NCBI RefSeq assembly: GCF_963921235.1
Contig: NC_086108.1
Location: forward strand, 9,858,001 to 9,922,000
Reading direction: 5' to 3'
DNA length: 64,000 bases
DNA from: Mobula hypostoma
Lineage: Eukaryota
Below, in pieces: positions 1 to 12,579 of the stretch (position 1 is the first letter of the stretch; each line of letters opens with the position of its first letter). Position numbers and translations under genes: made by a program. The notes under the pieces were generated by a model that saw only the letters and a program-made list of their open reading frames with translations, was not told the DNA's origin and searched no databases.

Positions 1-60
1 AGAAACTGATGTAAAATACTTACTAAGTTCATCCCTTATTTCTTTATCCCCCATTATTAC

Positions 61-379
61 TGCGATGAGAGTCCTTGACGAAGGATGGTTTGGACCTAAA
101 TGCTGGAGTATCCGAGGCAAGGATCGAGGCCCAGAATAAAACTGGAATGAGAACAGAACACAGACAAATGCAAGCCGATATCTCTAGTTGGGTTAGAGAC
201 TGAGCACTGAGGGTCCATTCAGGTGCTCTTTAAATACTCAATCCTTGGCGCTCAAAACATGATTGCCAATTAGTGGGAAGGTCCTGAACACTTAAAGAGG
301 ATGCGCCGGCTATCCGTACTCTGGAGAGTTAGAGTGTCTAAACCCCGGAAGCTGGGGCAGTTGGGTGCATCTTGTAACA
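61..379. mobile_element. Solo-LTR-like insertion (~320 bp)
   Basis: Begins TG, ends TGTAACA and interrupts otherwise contiguous CR1 sequence. The flanks ATTAC and ACTGC are only an imperfect 5-bp TSD. Confidence 0.5.
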
Positions 380-508
380 ACTGCCTCTCCAGCGGTCCAA
401 TATCCACTCTTGTCTCGCTTTTACTATTTATATATAACCATGTAACAATTACAGCAAGGAAACAGGCCATCTCGGCCCTTCTAGTCCATGCCGAACGTTT
501 ACTCTCAC

Positions 509-3500
509 CTAGTCCCACCGACCTGCACTCAGCCCATAACCCTCCATTCCTTTCCTGTCCATATAGCTATCCAATTTAACTTTAAATGTCAATATCGAAC
601 CTGCCTCAACCACTTCTGCTGGAAGCTCGTTCCACACAGCTACCACTCTCTGAGTAAAGAAGTTCCTCCTCATGTTACTCCTAAACTTTTGCCCTTTAAC
701 TCTCAACTCATGTCCTCTTGTTTGAATCTCCCCCACTCTCGATGGAAAAAGCCTATCCATGTCAACTCTATCTATCCCCCTCATAATTTTAAATACCTCT
801 ATCAAGTCCCCCCTCAACCTTCTACGTTCCAAAGAATAAAGACCCAACTTGTTCAACCTTTCTCTGTAACTTAGGTGCTGAAATCCAGGTAACATTCTAG
901 TAAATCTTCTCTGTACTCTCTCTATTTTGTTGACATCTTTCCTATAATTCCGTGACCAGAACTGTACACAATACTCCAAATTTGGCCTCTCCAATGCCTT
1001 GTACAATTTTAACATTACATCCCAACTCCTATACTCAATGCTCTGATTTATAAAGGCCAGCATACCAAAAGCTTTCTTCCCCACCCTATCCACATGAGAT
1101 TCCACCTTCAGGGAACAATGCACCATTATTCCTAGATCCCTCTGTTCTACTGCATTCTTCAATGCCCTACCATTTACCATGTATGTCCTATTTTGATTAG
1201 TCCTACCAAAATGTAGCACCTCACATTTATCAGCATTAAACTCCATCTGCCATCTTTCAGCCCACTCTTCTAACTGGCCTAAATCTCTCTGCAAGCTTTG
1301 AAAACCTGCTTCATTACCCACAATGTCACCTATCTTAGTATCGTCTGCATACTTACTAATCCAATTTACTACCCCATCATCCAGATCTTTAATGTATATG
1401 AGAAGCAACACTGGACCCAGTACAGATCCCTGAGGCACACCACTAGTCACTGGCCTCTAATCTGACAAAGAGTTATCCACCACCACTCTCTGGCATCTCC
1501 CATCCAGCCACTGTGAATCCATTTTACTCAATATTAATAGTTAACGATTGAACCTTCCCAACTAACCTTCTGTGTGGAACCTTGTCAAAGGCCTTACTGA
1601 AGTCCATATAGACAACATCCACTGCTTTACCCTCATCAACTTTCTGTTACATAACCGGCAACAATGAATATCAATCGAGTCAGGTTATATAAAAACAACC
1701 AAACATTTATTAAACATGGATAAACAATAAAAAAAATCAAACGAAAACCTTAACTGGAAGTTAACCGCTATGCGGCCATTCAACAAATCGCCACTCGGTA
1801 TTGGTTCTTAAAGCGATAAATGCAAAGATAGTTCTTAAAGCGGTAAAGCCAAATACAGTTCTTAAAATGGTAAATTCAAAAGTCCAACAGATTTATACAT
1901 TCAATTGGGAGAGACTTCTCTGGAGAAGGATTTCTTCATAGACGCGACTTTCCTGCTGGTTCTGTCCAAAAGGATTCACGATGAAGGAAATAAACAGCTT
2001 AAAACAACTGACCTTTCTTCTGGCGAGCAAATCCTGCATGAACTTCCTTTCCCTTTTGGCAGGAGTTATCTTTGATGCATGTCGCTACTTCTTCAACGAA
2101 GACTTAATGAGATCGATCCTTTATTAAAGGTACATCGACAAATCTGGCAGAAATGGGTAAACTGCCAATCCAGCACTATTGTACCTTACAATAGAACATA
2201 ACACTCCATTTTAAAAATGAAACTGCGTCATAAAACAAATACGCAACGGAACGGAGACGCTGACTAACATTGTAGCTGGAAAACTAACTGCATCACCAAG
2301 GGTCTTCCCTTTTATACCTGTGGTGAACGTGTCATCACGTGACCTCACATCGGCGGGAAACTTACATCAGGTGACCTCCAAAAGACCATTACATCATTCT
2401 CACAAGAAAGTCACAAGATCTCCTCGAGGTATGTAACATTTCTTAGTAAACTCTTCAAAAAATTCAATAAGATTTGTCAAACAAGACCTTCCACGCACAA
2501 ATCCATGTTGACTGTTCCTAATCAGACCTTGTCTATCCAGATGATTATAGATACCATCTCTAAGAATACTTTCCATCAATTTACCCACCACTGACGTCAA
2601 AATCACAGGACGATAATTGCTAGGTTTACTCTTAGAACCCTTATTAAACAATGGAACAACATGAGTAATACGCCAATCCTCTGGCACCATCCCTGTTTCT
2701 AATGACGCTTGAAATATTTCTGTCAGAGCCCCTGTTATTTCTACGCTAATTTCCCTCAAGGTCCTAGGGAATAACCTGTCAGGACCCGGAGACTTATCCA
2801 CTTTTATATTCCTTAAAAGCACCAGTACTTCCTCTTCTTTAATCAGCATAGCTTCCATAACTTCCCTACCTGTTTCCCTTACCTTACAAAATTCAATATC
2901 CTTCTCCTTAGTGAATACTGAAGAAAAGAAATTGTTCAAAATCTCCCCCATCTCTTTTGGTTCCACACATAGCTGTCCATCCACTCTGATTCTCTAAAGG
3001 ACCAATTTTATCCCTCACTATCCTTCTGCTATTAATATAACTGTAGAAACCCTTCGGATTTATTTACACCTTACTTGCCAAAGCAACTTCATATCTTCTT
3101 GTAGATTTTCTAATTTCTTTAAGATTCTTTTTACATCCTTTATATTCCTCGAGCACCTCATTTACTCCATGCTGCCTATATTTATTGTAAGTATCTCTCT
3201 TTTTCCGAACCAAGTTTCCAATATCCCTTGAAAACCATGGCTCTCTCAAACTTTTAATCTTTCCTTTCAACCTAACAGAAACATAAAGACTCTGCACCCT
3301 CAGAATTTCACCTTTAAATGACCTCCATTTCTCTATTACATCCTTCCCATAAAACAATTTGTCCCAATCCATTCCTTCTAAATCCTTTCACATCTCCTCA
3401 AAGTTAGCATTTCTCCAATCAAAAATCTCAACCCTGGGTCCAGTCCTATCCTTCTCCATAATTATATTGAAACTAATGGCATTGTGATCACTGGACCCCA

Positions 3501-4230
3501 AGTACTCCCCAACACAAACCTCCGTCACCTGACCTATCTCATTCCCTAACAGGAGATCCAACACTGCCCCTTCTCTAGTTGGTACCTCTATGTATTGCTG
3601 CAGAAAACTATCCTGCAAACATTTTACAAACTCCAAACCATCCAGCCCTTTTACAGTATGGGCTTCCCAGTCTATGTGTGGAAAATTAAAATCTCCCACA
3701 ATCACAACCTTGTGCTTACTACAAATATCTGCTATCTCCTTACAAATTTGCTCCTCCACTTCTTGCTCCCTATTGGGTGGTCTATAATACACCCCTATAA
3801 GTGTTACTACACTTTTCTCATTCCTCAATTCCACCCAAATAGCCTCCCTAGATGAGCCCTCTAATCTGTCCTGCCAGAGGACCGCTGTAATATTTTCTCT
3901 GACAAGCAATGCAACACCTCCCCATCTTGTCCCTCCAATTCTATCACACCTGAAGCAATGAAATCCAGGAATATTTAGTTGCCAATCACACCCCTCCTGC
4001 AACCATGTTTCACTAATAGCTACAACATCATACTTCCAGGTATCAATCCATGCTCTAAACTCATCCACCTTTCTTACAATGCTCCTCGCATTAAAATAAA
4101 TGCATTTAAGAAATTTTCCACCTCTTACTCTCTGTTTATCACTAACGGTGCAAACAACTTTACTATTTTCTTTTTCTTCCTTCTCCCCTACATCTGTTCC
4201 TCCACTCTGGTTCCCCTCCCCCCTTGTATC
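509..4230 (-). pseudogene. CR1 ORF2: AP endonuclease plus reverse transcriptase, disrupted
   Basis: Endonuclease motifs ISETW, GVYYRPP, VGDFNFP and SDH. RT motifs KSPGPD, NYRPV, SQHGF, GVPQGSVLGP and KYADDTK. Broken by stops, frameshifts and an LTR insertion. Confidence 0.95.
1645..2438 (-). mobile_element. Solo LTR (794 bp, 4-bp TSD, Gypsy/ERV-like) inside CR1 ORF2
   Basis: Termini TGTTACATA...TATGTAACA form a 9-bp inverted repeat. TTTC TSD at 1641-1644 and 2439-2442. TATA-like motif (~2312) and AATAAA (~1708) lie on the minus strand. Confidence 0.9.
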
Positions 4231-5171
4231 TAGTTTAAATCCACCGGAGCCTCTCTAGCAAATCTACCCGCAAGAATATTTGTCCCCCTCCAGTTCAGAT
4301 GTAAACCGTCCCGCCAGAACAGGTCCCACCTTCCCTGGAAAACTGCCCAATTATCTATAAATCTGAAACCCTCCCTCCTGCACCATGTCTTCAGCCACGT
4401 GTTGATCTGTGCTGTCTTACTATTTCTAAACCTGCCTGTTCGTGGCACTGGTAACAATCCTGAGATTGCTATCCTGGAGGTCCTGTCCTTTAACTTGGTG
4501 CCTAACTCCCTAAACTCACCTTTCAGGACCTCCTCACTCTTCCAACCCACGTCATTGGTCCCTACATGGACCACGACATCTGGCTGCTCATCCTCCCTCT
4601 TGAGAATACTGAGAACTCGATCCGAGATATTGCGGACCCTGGCACCAGGGAGGCAACAGACCATCCGGGATTCTCAATCTCTCCCACAGAACCTCTTATC
4701 TGTCTCCCTAACTATCGAATCCCATATCTCTACTGCTCTCCTCTTTTCCCTCCTTCCCTTCTGAGCTGAGGTTCCCATCTCGGTGCCAGAGATGCAACCA
4801 CTGCAACTTGTCCCTTGTAGGTCGTCCCCATCAACAGTATCCAAAACGATGTACCTATTATTGGTGGGAACGGCCACAGGGGTGCCCTGCTCATTCTACC
4901 TATTCCCCTTCCCTCTCCTGACAGTCACCCAGCTACCTGTCTCCTGACTCTTAGGGGCGACTATCTCCCTGTAACTCCTGTCTATTTCTGCCTCTGCCTC
5001 CTGAATGATCCGAAGTTCATCCAGCTCCAGGTCCAGTTCCCTAACTCGGTTTGTCAGGAGCTGCAGCTGGATGCACCTTTCACAGGTGTAGTCATCAGGG
5101 ACAATTGTACTCGCCCTGACTCCCCACCTACTGCAAACGGAGCACTCGACTGCCCTAACTGCTGCCTCCAT
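4230..5171 (-). pseudogene. CR1 ORF1: zinc finger/leucine zipper plus SGNH esterase domain, frameshifted
   Basis: CSVC...CERC followed by a heptad leucine run (LLTNRVRELDLELDEL). Esterase blocks LPGARV, VVVHVGTNDV and DGLHLN. Split over three ORFs. Confidence 0.9.
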
Positions 5172-5673
5172 TACCTACTCTTAAGGTAATTAGATTTATT
5201 AAAGGAACGTACCCGGCCTTACCTCACTTGGAGTGAAGCTCTTCCTCAGCCTCTGCTTGCTGAAGCCTCTCAGCCAAAGCCTTCCTACTCTGTCTCCCTC
5301 AACTCCGTCACCCGCTACAATGTCGGCCGCTCCGTTAATCTTCTCGCTTTTAAACACTCCCACTGCCCCATAGTCCGACTTACGTGCGCTTGCGCAGTCG
5401 TGCCCGTTCAACTGTCGAAGAAACTGATAAAACTTCTGATATCCTCTTTGATATTTTTGATCATTTCATATTTCATCTTTCCTCTCCTTATGCATTTTTT
5501 TATTTGCGTTCTGTTGATTTTTTAAAGTTTCCCAATCCTCTAACTTCCCACAAATTTTTGCCCAATTATACGCCCTCGCTAGTCCTTTAGTGCTGGCATT
5601 GACCTCTCTTGTCAGCCATGGATGCCTCATCCTCCCTTTAGAATACTTCTTCATCTTTGAGATGCGTCTGTCC

Positions 5674-6404
5674 TGGGTACTGATAGACGTTGGCTCCACT
5701 GGGACTAACAGATGTTGAGGTACTGATAGATGTTTATTAAAGTGGCACTGACAGATGTTGGGGTATTGACAGATGTTTATTAAAGTGGCACTGACAGATG
5801 TTGGGGTACTGACAGATGTTTATTAAAGTGGCACTGACAGATGTTGGGGTCCTGACAGATGTTTAGTAATGTGGCACTGACAGATGTTGGGGTACTGACA
5901 GATGTTTATTAAAGTGGCACTGACAGATGTTGGGGTACTGACAGATGTTTAGTAACGTGGCACTGACAGATGTTGGGGTACTGACAGATGTTTATTAACG
6001 TGGCACTGACAGATGTTGGGGTACGGACAGATGTTTAGTAATGTGGCACTGACAGATGTTGGGGTACTGACAGATGTTTATTAAAGTGGCACCAACAGAT
6101 GTTGGGGTACTGACAGATGTTTATTAAAGTGGCACTGACAGATGTTGGGGTACTGACAGATGTTTAGTAACGTGGCACTGACAGATGTTGGGGTACTGAC
6201 AGATGTTTATTAACATGGCACTGACAGATGTTGGGGTACGGACAGATGTTTAGTAACGTGGCACTGACAGATGTTGGGGTACTGACAGATGTTTATTAAA
6301 GTGGCACTGACAGATGTTGGGCTACTGACAGATGTTTATTAAAGTGGCACCGACAGATGTTGGGGTACTGACAGATGTTTATTAAAGTGGCACTGACAGA
6401 TGTT
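5674..6404. repeat. 43-bp minisatellite (~17 copies) built from two related subunits
   Basis: Unit is ACTGACAGATGTTGGGGT plus ACTGACAGATGTTTATTAAAGTGGC. Confidence 0.95.
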
Positions 6405-7054
6405 GTGTGTAATGGCATTTACACATGTTGCCATGGTGACAGATGTTAGTTTTGTGGGCACAGACAGATGTTGGGGTTGGCGTACACCCACCCGCTGCTA
6501 TTGTGTATCGGCAGGGGGAGGGAGGGTATTAATAACACCAGGAGCCAAGATCTATCCAGGAGACATGAATATTCAGCAGATAATAACGCCGTAAAAAGTG
6601 ATTGAAGGTTTCAAGTGGAAAATGAATAAAGAGGAGAACATTTTCTCTGATGATTTAGTGAGCTATTATTATGAAAGATCGGATGCCTGTAGACTCGATG
6701 TCTGGATTCCTTCGAAACACACTGATAAGACAGCCCATGATAGTGTTTCTGTAATAAAACGTCTCCTTAAGCTTCCTATCAGCACCCACTGACAAGTTTA
6801 TTAACATCGGGTTGTTTAACAGGATTGAAGTGAACTGTCTCATTATAATATAGAGAAATATATCATCAATTAGGCAAAGCCTCTTCAGCACAATTTCACC
6901 AAACATTTTCCTCAAAGCGAGGATCACAACGAGAATTTCAGCCCTTCCTGTCCCCCTCCTGGAGGCCATTTGCTCCCTCAATTCAATCACACTGAACACC
7001 CATTTCCCGTTGTCTCAATGTGAGGAATGGACACCACTGGTCCAGTGCTCATGC

Positions 7055-7620
7055 TGCAGTGTTGATGATACCAGACGTAACCTGGAGGAGCACTTTGTCA
7101 AGCAACCTTGCACCATCCACCATAAATGGGACTTCCTGGTGGCGAAACATTTTAATTCCCATTCCCATTCCCATTCTGATGTGTTATTCATGTTCTCCTC
7201 TAGTGTCAAGATGAGGCCAGCCTCAGTGTGGAGGAGCAACACCTTATACTCCATCTGGGTAGCCTCCAACCCGATGATATGAATATAAATTTCTCCATCG
7301 GGTAGAAAAATTCCCTCATCACCTCCCTCCTCTATTCCCCTATCTGACCTTTCACTTCTTCTCACCTGCCTATTACTTCCTTCTGGGTCCCCTCCTCCTT
7401 CCCTCTCTCCTATGGTCCACTCTCCTATCCTATCAGATTCCCTCCTCTCCAGACCTCGACCTTTCCACTCCACCAAGCTGCACCTGTCACCTTCCAGCTA
7501 GACTATTTGCCTCCCCCAACTTTTTATTCTGGCGTTTACCCCAAACCTCTCAGTCCTAGAGAAGGGTCTTGAACCAAAAACGTCGATAGTTTACTCTTTT
7601 CCAGAATTTTGTGTGTGTTT
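7055..7620 (+). mobile_element. Penelope-like element 3' remnant (GIY-YIG C-terminus plus pseudo-LTR)
   Basis: Reads TRRNLEEHF...VAKHFNSHSHSHSD...EEQHLILHLGSLQP, followed by a pyrimidine-rich tail and a decayed hammerhead-like motif. Confidence 0.75.
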
Positions 7621-7631
7621 CCACTGCATTA

Positions 7632-9975
7632 CTGACACTGGGGTACAGGATCAACAGACACTGACTGTCACTGGGGTACAGGTTCACCACATGCTGACTG
7701 ACACTGGAGTACAGGTTCATTGTCATAGTCATACTTTATTGATCCCGGGGGAAATTGGTTTTTGTTACAGTTGCACCATAAATAATAAATAGTAATAGAA
7801 CCATAAATAGTTAAATAGTAATATGTAGATTATGCCAGTAAATTATGAAATAAGTCCAGGACCAGCCTATTGGCTCAGTGTGTCTGACCCTCCAAGGGAG
7901 GAGTTGTAAAGTTTGATGGCCACAGGCAGGAATGACTTCCTATGACGCTCTGTGTTGCATCTCGGTGGAATGAGTCTCTGGCTGAATGTACTCCTGTGCC
8001 CACCCAGTACATTATGTAGTGGATGGGAGACATTGTCCAAGATGGCATGCAACTTAGACAGCATCCTCTTTTCAGACACCACCGTCAGAGAGTCCAGTTC
8101 CATCCCCACAACATCACTGGCCTTACGAATGCGTTTGTTGATTCTGTTGGTGTCTGCTACCCTCAGCCTGCTGCCCTAGCACACAACAGCAAACATGATA
8201 GCACTGGCCACCACAGACTCGTAGAACATCCTCAGCATTGTCCGGCAGATGTTAAAGAACCTCAGTCTCCTCAGGAAATAGAGACGGCTCTGACCCTTCT
8301 TGTAGACAGCTTCAGTGTTCTTTGACCAGTCCAGTTTATTATCAATTCGTATCCCCAGGTATTTGTGATCCTCCACCATGTCCACACTGACCCCCTGGAT
8401 GGAAACAGGGGTCACCGGTACCTTAGCTCTCCTCAGGTCTACCACCAGCTCCTTAGTCTTTTTCACATTAAGCTGCAGATAATTCTGCTCACACCATGTG
8501 ACAAAGTTTCCCACCGTAGCCCTGTACTCAGCCTCATCTCCCTTGCTGATGCATCCAACTATGGCAGAGTCATCCGAAAACTTCTGAAGATGACAAGACT
8601 CTGTGCAGTAGTTGAAGTCAGAGGTGTAAATGGTGAAGAGAAAGGGAGACAAGACAGTCCCCTGTGGAGCCCCAGTGCTGCTGATCACTCTGTCGGACAC
8701 ACAGTATTGCAAGCACACGTACTGTGGTCTGCAAGTCAGGTAATCAAGAATCCATGACACCAGGAAAGCATCCACCTGCATCGCTGTCAGCTTCTCCCCC
8801 AGCAGAGTAGAGCAGATGGTGTTGAACGCACTGGAGAAGTCAAAAAACATGACCCTCGCAGTGCTCGCTGGCTTGTCCAGGTGGGCATAGACACGGTTCA
8901 CAGGTTCACCACATGCTGACTGTCACTGGGGTACAGGTTCAACAGACACTGACTGTCACTGGAGTACATGTTCACCACATGCTGACTGTCACTAGGGTAC
9001 AGGTTCAACAGACTCTGACTGTCACTGGGGTGCAGGTTCACAAAACACTGACTGTCACTGGGGTACAGGTTCAACAGACACTGACTGTCACTGGGGTACA
9101 GGTTCAACAGACACTGACTGTCACTGGGGTACAGGTTCACCACATGCTGACTGTCACTGGAGTACAGGTTCAACGGACCCTGACTGACACTGGAGTACAG
9201 GTTCACAAAAAAACTGACTGTCACTGGGGCACAGGTTCAACAGACACTGACTGTCACTGAGGTACAGGTTCACAAAAAGACTGACTGTCACTGGGGCACA
9301 GGTTTAACAGACACTGACTGACACTGGAGTACAGGTTCACCACATGCTGACTGTCACTGGGGTACAGGTTCAACAGACACTGACTGTCACTGGGGTATAA
9401 GTTCACCGGACACTGACTGACACTGGAGTACAGGTTCACTGGACACTGACTGACACTGGAGTATAAGTTCACCGGACACTGACTGACACTGGGGTATAAG
9501 TTCACCGGACACTGACTGACACTGGGGTATAAGTTCACTGGACACCGACTGACACTGGAGTACAGGTTCACTGGACACTGACTGACACGGGAGTATAAGT
9601 TCACCGGACACTGACTGACACTGGAGTACAGGTTCACTGGACACCGACTGACACTGGAGTATAAATTCACCGGACACTGACTGACACTGGAGTACAGGTT
9701 CACCAGACACTGACTGACACTGGAGTACAGGTTCACCACATGCTGACTGTCACTGGAGTACAGGTTCACTGGACACCGACTGACACTGGAGTATAAGTTC
9801 ACCGGACACTGACTGACACTGGAGTACAGGTTCACCAGACACTGACTGACACTGGAGTACAGGTTCACCGGACACTGACTGACACTGGAGTACAGGTTCA
9901 CCAGACACTGACTGACACTGAGGTACAGGTTCACCACACATTGACTGACACTGAGGTACAGGTTCACCAGATACT
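7632..9975. repeat. 33-bp minisatellite, interrupted by a Rex1 insertion
   Basis: Unit ACTGACTGTCACTGGGGTACAGGTTCAACAGAC. About 3 copies at 7632-7719 and about 32 copies at 8900-9975. Confidence 0.95.
7720..8899 (-). mobile_element. 5'-truncated Rex1/Babar LINE (RT C-terminal half plus 3'UTR)
   Basis: Motifs RVMFFDFSSAFNTI, TGAPQGTVLSPFLFTIYT, QKFSDDSAIVG and KYLGIRIDNKLDW. ACAGGTTCA TSD at 7711-7719 and 8900-8908. Confidence 0.92.
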
Positions 9976-10762
9976 GACTAATGGTGGGGTACAGGTTTTC
10001 CTGGGAACAACGGAAAAGTGTGGATCTGAGTGATAGGATGTTTGCTCAGAATCAGAGGAAGGAAAGTATTCTCGGCCTGTAGATTTTGAGCTTCTAGGTG
10101 TATGTGGGTTAATAATCCCAGCACTTTGATACAAAATTAGCATATTGTTGGGGAAAGATTTGAGAAAATCCGATGAGAAGTGAAGTGATGGTCTTTCTCT
10201 GAATGGAATGGAGTCCGGCTGTAGTGTTGTTTTACACAAAGCGGCATTCTGTGAAACACTGTGTACCTCATGCAGTGCATCAGCCCTGAACAGCCCCTCT
10301 GTATAATTAACTCTCCCGTACAGCTGTGTCACCTTCATCTTCCACGTACTCAGTGAACGTGCCCATGCCAGGGCTCACTGGGAGGTGCACTGAGTTGTCA
10401 TCGCTTTGGAAAGCAGACAGGCACCTCCATATTTGTGAAGAAACTGGGGAGAATGAGGCTGCTCAGCCTACACATCTGTGCTAGAATCCCTCTCCTGTTT
10501 TCCCAAGGACCCTGTCACATTATCTCTCCCTCAAACCCCCTTTAATCACTTTTGCCAGCTGCCTACACAAAGGGCTACCGACAGCAGCCGAGAACCTGCT
10601 GATCTGTGGAGTGTGGTGGGTGAATGCATCGTCTAAAGGAGATTTGTACAGTGACGGGGGCCGGGGAGGGAGTATGCTGTGGGGAGAATGTGGAATGCTC
10701 CCGAAATTTAGGAGGAAGGGCACCTTGACACACTGTGAGTCTATGTGACTGCGTGTCTTTGC

Positions 10763-10764
<2 letters not shown>

Positions 10765-10804
<40 letters not shown>

Positions 10805-10982
10805 ATGACTGTGTCTTAGTGTGAATGTGTGTGTGTGAGCATGTGACTGTGTCTTGATATGAGTGTCTGTGTGTGTGTGTTTGTGTGTATATTTGTGTGT
10901 GTCTGCAAATATATGTGTGTTGTGTGTATGCGTGTGTGTCTGTGCGTGTGTGTTTGTGTGTATATTTATGTGTGTGTATGTT

Positions 10983-11021
<39 letters not shown>

Positions 11022-11066
11022 GCGCGTATGTGTGTGTGTGCGTGTATGTGTGTGTGTGCGTGTGTG

Positions 11067-11101
<35 letters not shown>

Positions 11102-11403
11102 GTGCGCGTATGTGTGTGTGTGCGTGTATGTGTGTGTGTGTGCGTGTGTGTGTGTGTGTGTTTGTGTATATATTTATGTGTGTGTATGTTTGTGTGTGCG
11201 TGTGTGTATATGTTTGTGTGTGTGCATGTGTGTGTGTGCATGTTTGTGTGTGCGTGTGTGTATATGTTTGTGTGTATATTTATGTGTCTGTGTTTGTGTG
11301 TGCGTGTGTGTATATGTTTGTGTGTGTGTATGTGTATGTTTGTGTGTGTGTGTGTGTGTGCGTGTGTGTGTGTATGTGCGTGTGTGTGTGTGTGTGTGCG
11401 TGC

Positions 11404-11439
<36 letters not shown>

Positions 11440-11458
11440 ACATGTTTGTGTGTGTGTC
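10765..11458. repeat. Compound (TG)n microsatellite
   Basis: About 700 bp of interrupted TG dinucleotide repeat. Confidence 0.98.
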
Positions 11459-11544
11459 TTTCAACAATAGGTGAACAATGGCAGTGAACACTAACACTGA
11501 CACTGAGAGAGTGAACACTGGATATACAGGGGGACGTGGGAAAC

Positions 11545-12530
11545 GGCTCAGACACGGATGGGGAATCAAGAACCAGAGGGCACAGGTTAAAGATGAGAGG
11601 GGAGAGATTTACTAGGAACCTGAGGGGCAAATTTCTCCCCCAGGGGGAGGTCTGTGTGTGGGTGAGCTGTCAGAGGAGGTGGTTGAGGGAGATACATGAA
11701 CAACATTTAGAAGATTTGTGGGTAAGTACCTGGACAGGATCTCCAGGGTGGGGTGACCAAACCCAGGTAAATGGGACTGGCATCTTAGTCAGCATGGAGG
11801 AGATGGGCCCAACAGCCTTTGTCCCTGCTCTGTGTCTCAACAATCATATTGAATGGTGTGACAGGTTAATTGAGAGGACTAAAATATAAAAGCAAGGATG
11901 TAATGTTGAGACTTTACAAAGAACTGGTGAGGCCTCACTTGGTGTTTTGGGCCCCTAGTGCTGACATTGGAGAGGCTTCAAAGGAGGTTCACAAGAATGA
12001 TTCTGGAACTGAAAACGGCTTGTCATCCGAGGAGCGTTTGATGGCTCTGGGCCTCTACTCACTGAAATTCAGAATGAGGAGGGGGGATCTCCTTGATACC
12101 TACAGAATGTTGAAAGGTCTCGATAGAGTGGATGTGGAGAGGATGTTCCCTATGGTGGGGGAGTCTAGGACCAGAGGGCACAGGTAGAGTGGATGTGGAG
12201 AGGATGTTCCCTATGGTGGGGGAGTCTAGGACCAGAAGGCACAGTCTCAAAATAGAAGCATGTTCATTTAGAACAAATATTATAAGGAATATCTTTAGCT
12301 GGAAGGTGGTAAACTTGTGGAATCTGTTGCCATAGGTAGTTGTGGAGGTCAAGTCATTATGTATATTTAAGGTGAGGTTGATAGATTCTTGATTAGTCAT
12401 GGCATGAAGGGATACGGGGAGAAGGCAGGAGATTGGGGCTGAGAGGGAAATGCATCATCCATGATGAAGTGGCGGAGCAGACTTGATGGGACCAATGGCC
12501 TAATTCTGCTCCTTTGTCTTATGGGTTTAT
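11545..12530 (+). mobile_element. CR1 LINE 3' fragments
   Basis: YKSKDVMLRLYKELVRPHL, LGLYSL and ESRTRGH motifs plus 3'UTR. Contains a 61-bp tandem duplication at 12124-12244. Confidence 0.85.
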
Positions 12531-12579
12531 GCTTCAAGGATCCGAATGGCTTCTGTTCATATGGAGCAGACTAGCGTTT

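Larger units (their letters stand above)
435..5420 (-). mobile_element. Full-length, inactivated CR1 LINE (5'UTR, ORF1, ORF2, 3'UTR)
   Basis: CpG-rich 5' end at ~5330-5415, then ORF1 and ORF2 motifs in the correct order, then a CR1-type 3'UTR ending near 435. Confidence 0.95.
1..5673 (-). mobile_element. Old CR1 LINE ORF2 fragment in three pieces (1-60, 380-434, ~5425-5673), split by later insertions
   Basis: The minus strand of 1-60 reads VIMGDKEIRDELSKYF and 380-420 reads RVDIGPLE. 5466-5699 reads KYSKGRMRHPWLTREV. All three resemble the CR1 copy at 27370-29790 (RIDIGPLENEAGEVVMGDKEMADELNGYF). Confidence 0.75.

Noticed and set aside
70..105. Hammerhead-like GTCCTTGACGAAGG...CCTAAATG
   Set aside because: Neither core motif is intact and it is not in a Penelope context.
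6655..6999. 114-aa minus-strand ORF
   Set aside because: No recognisable domain, a non-ATG start and no clear splice signals.
8898..9967. ORFs with 11-aa repeats (VNLYSSVSQCP)
   Set aside because: Reading frames through a 33-bp minisatellite, with no splice or homology support.
10859..11630. Long Cys/Val- and His/Thr-rich ORFs (also 29729-31037)
   Set aside because: They are translations of (TG)n/(CA)n microsatellites, which lack stop codons.
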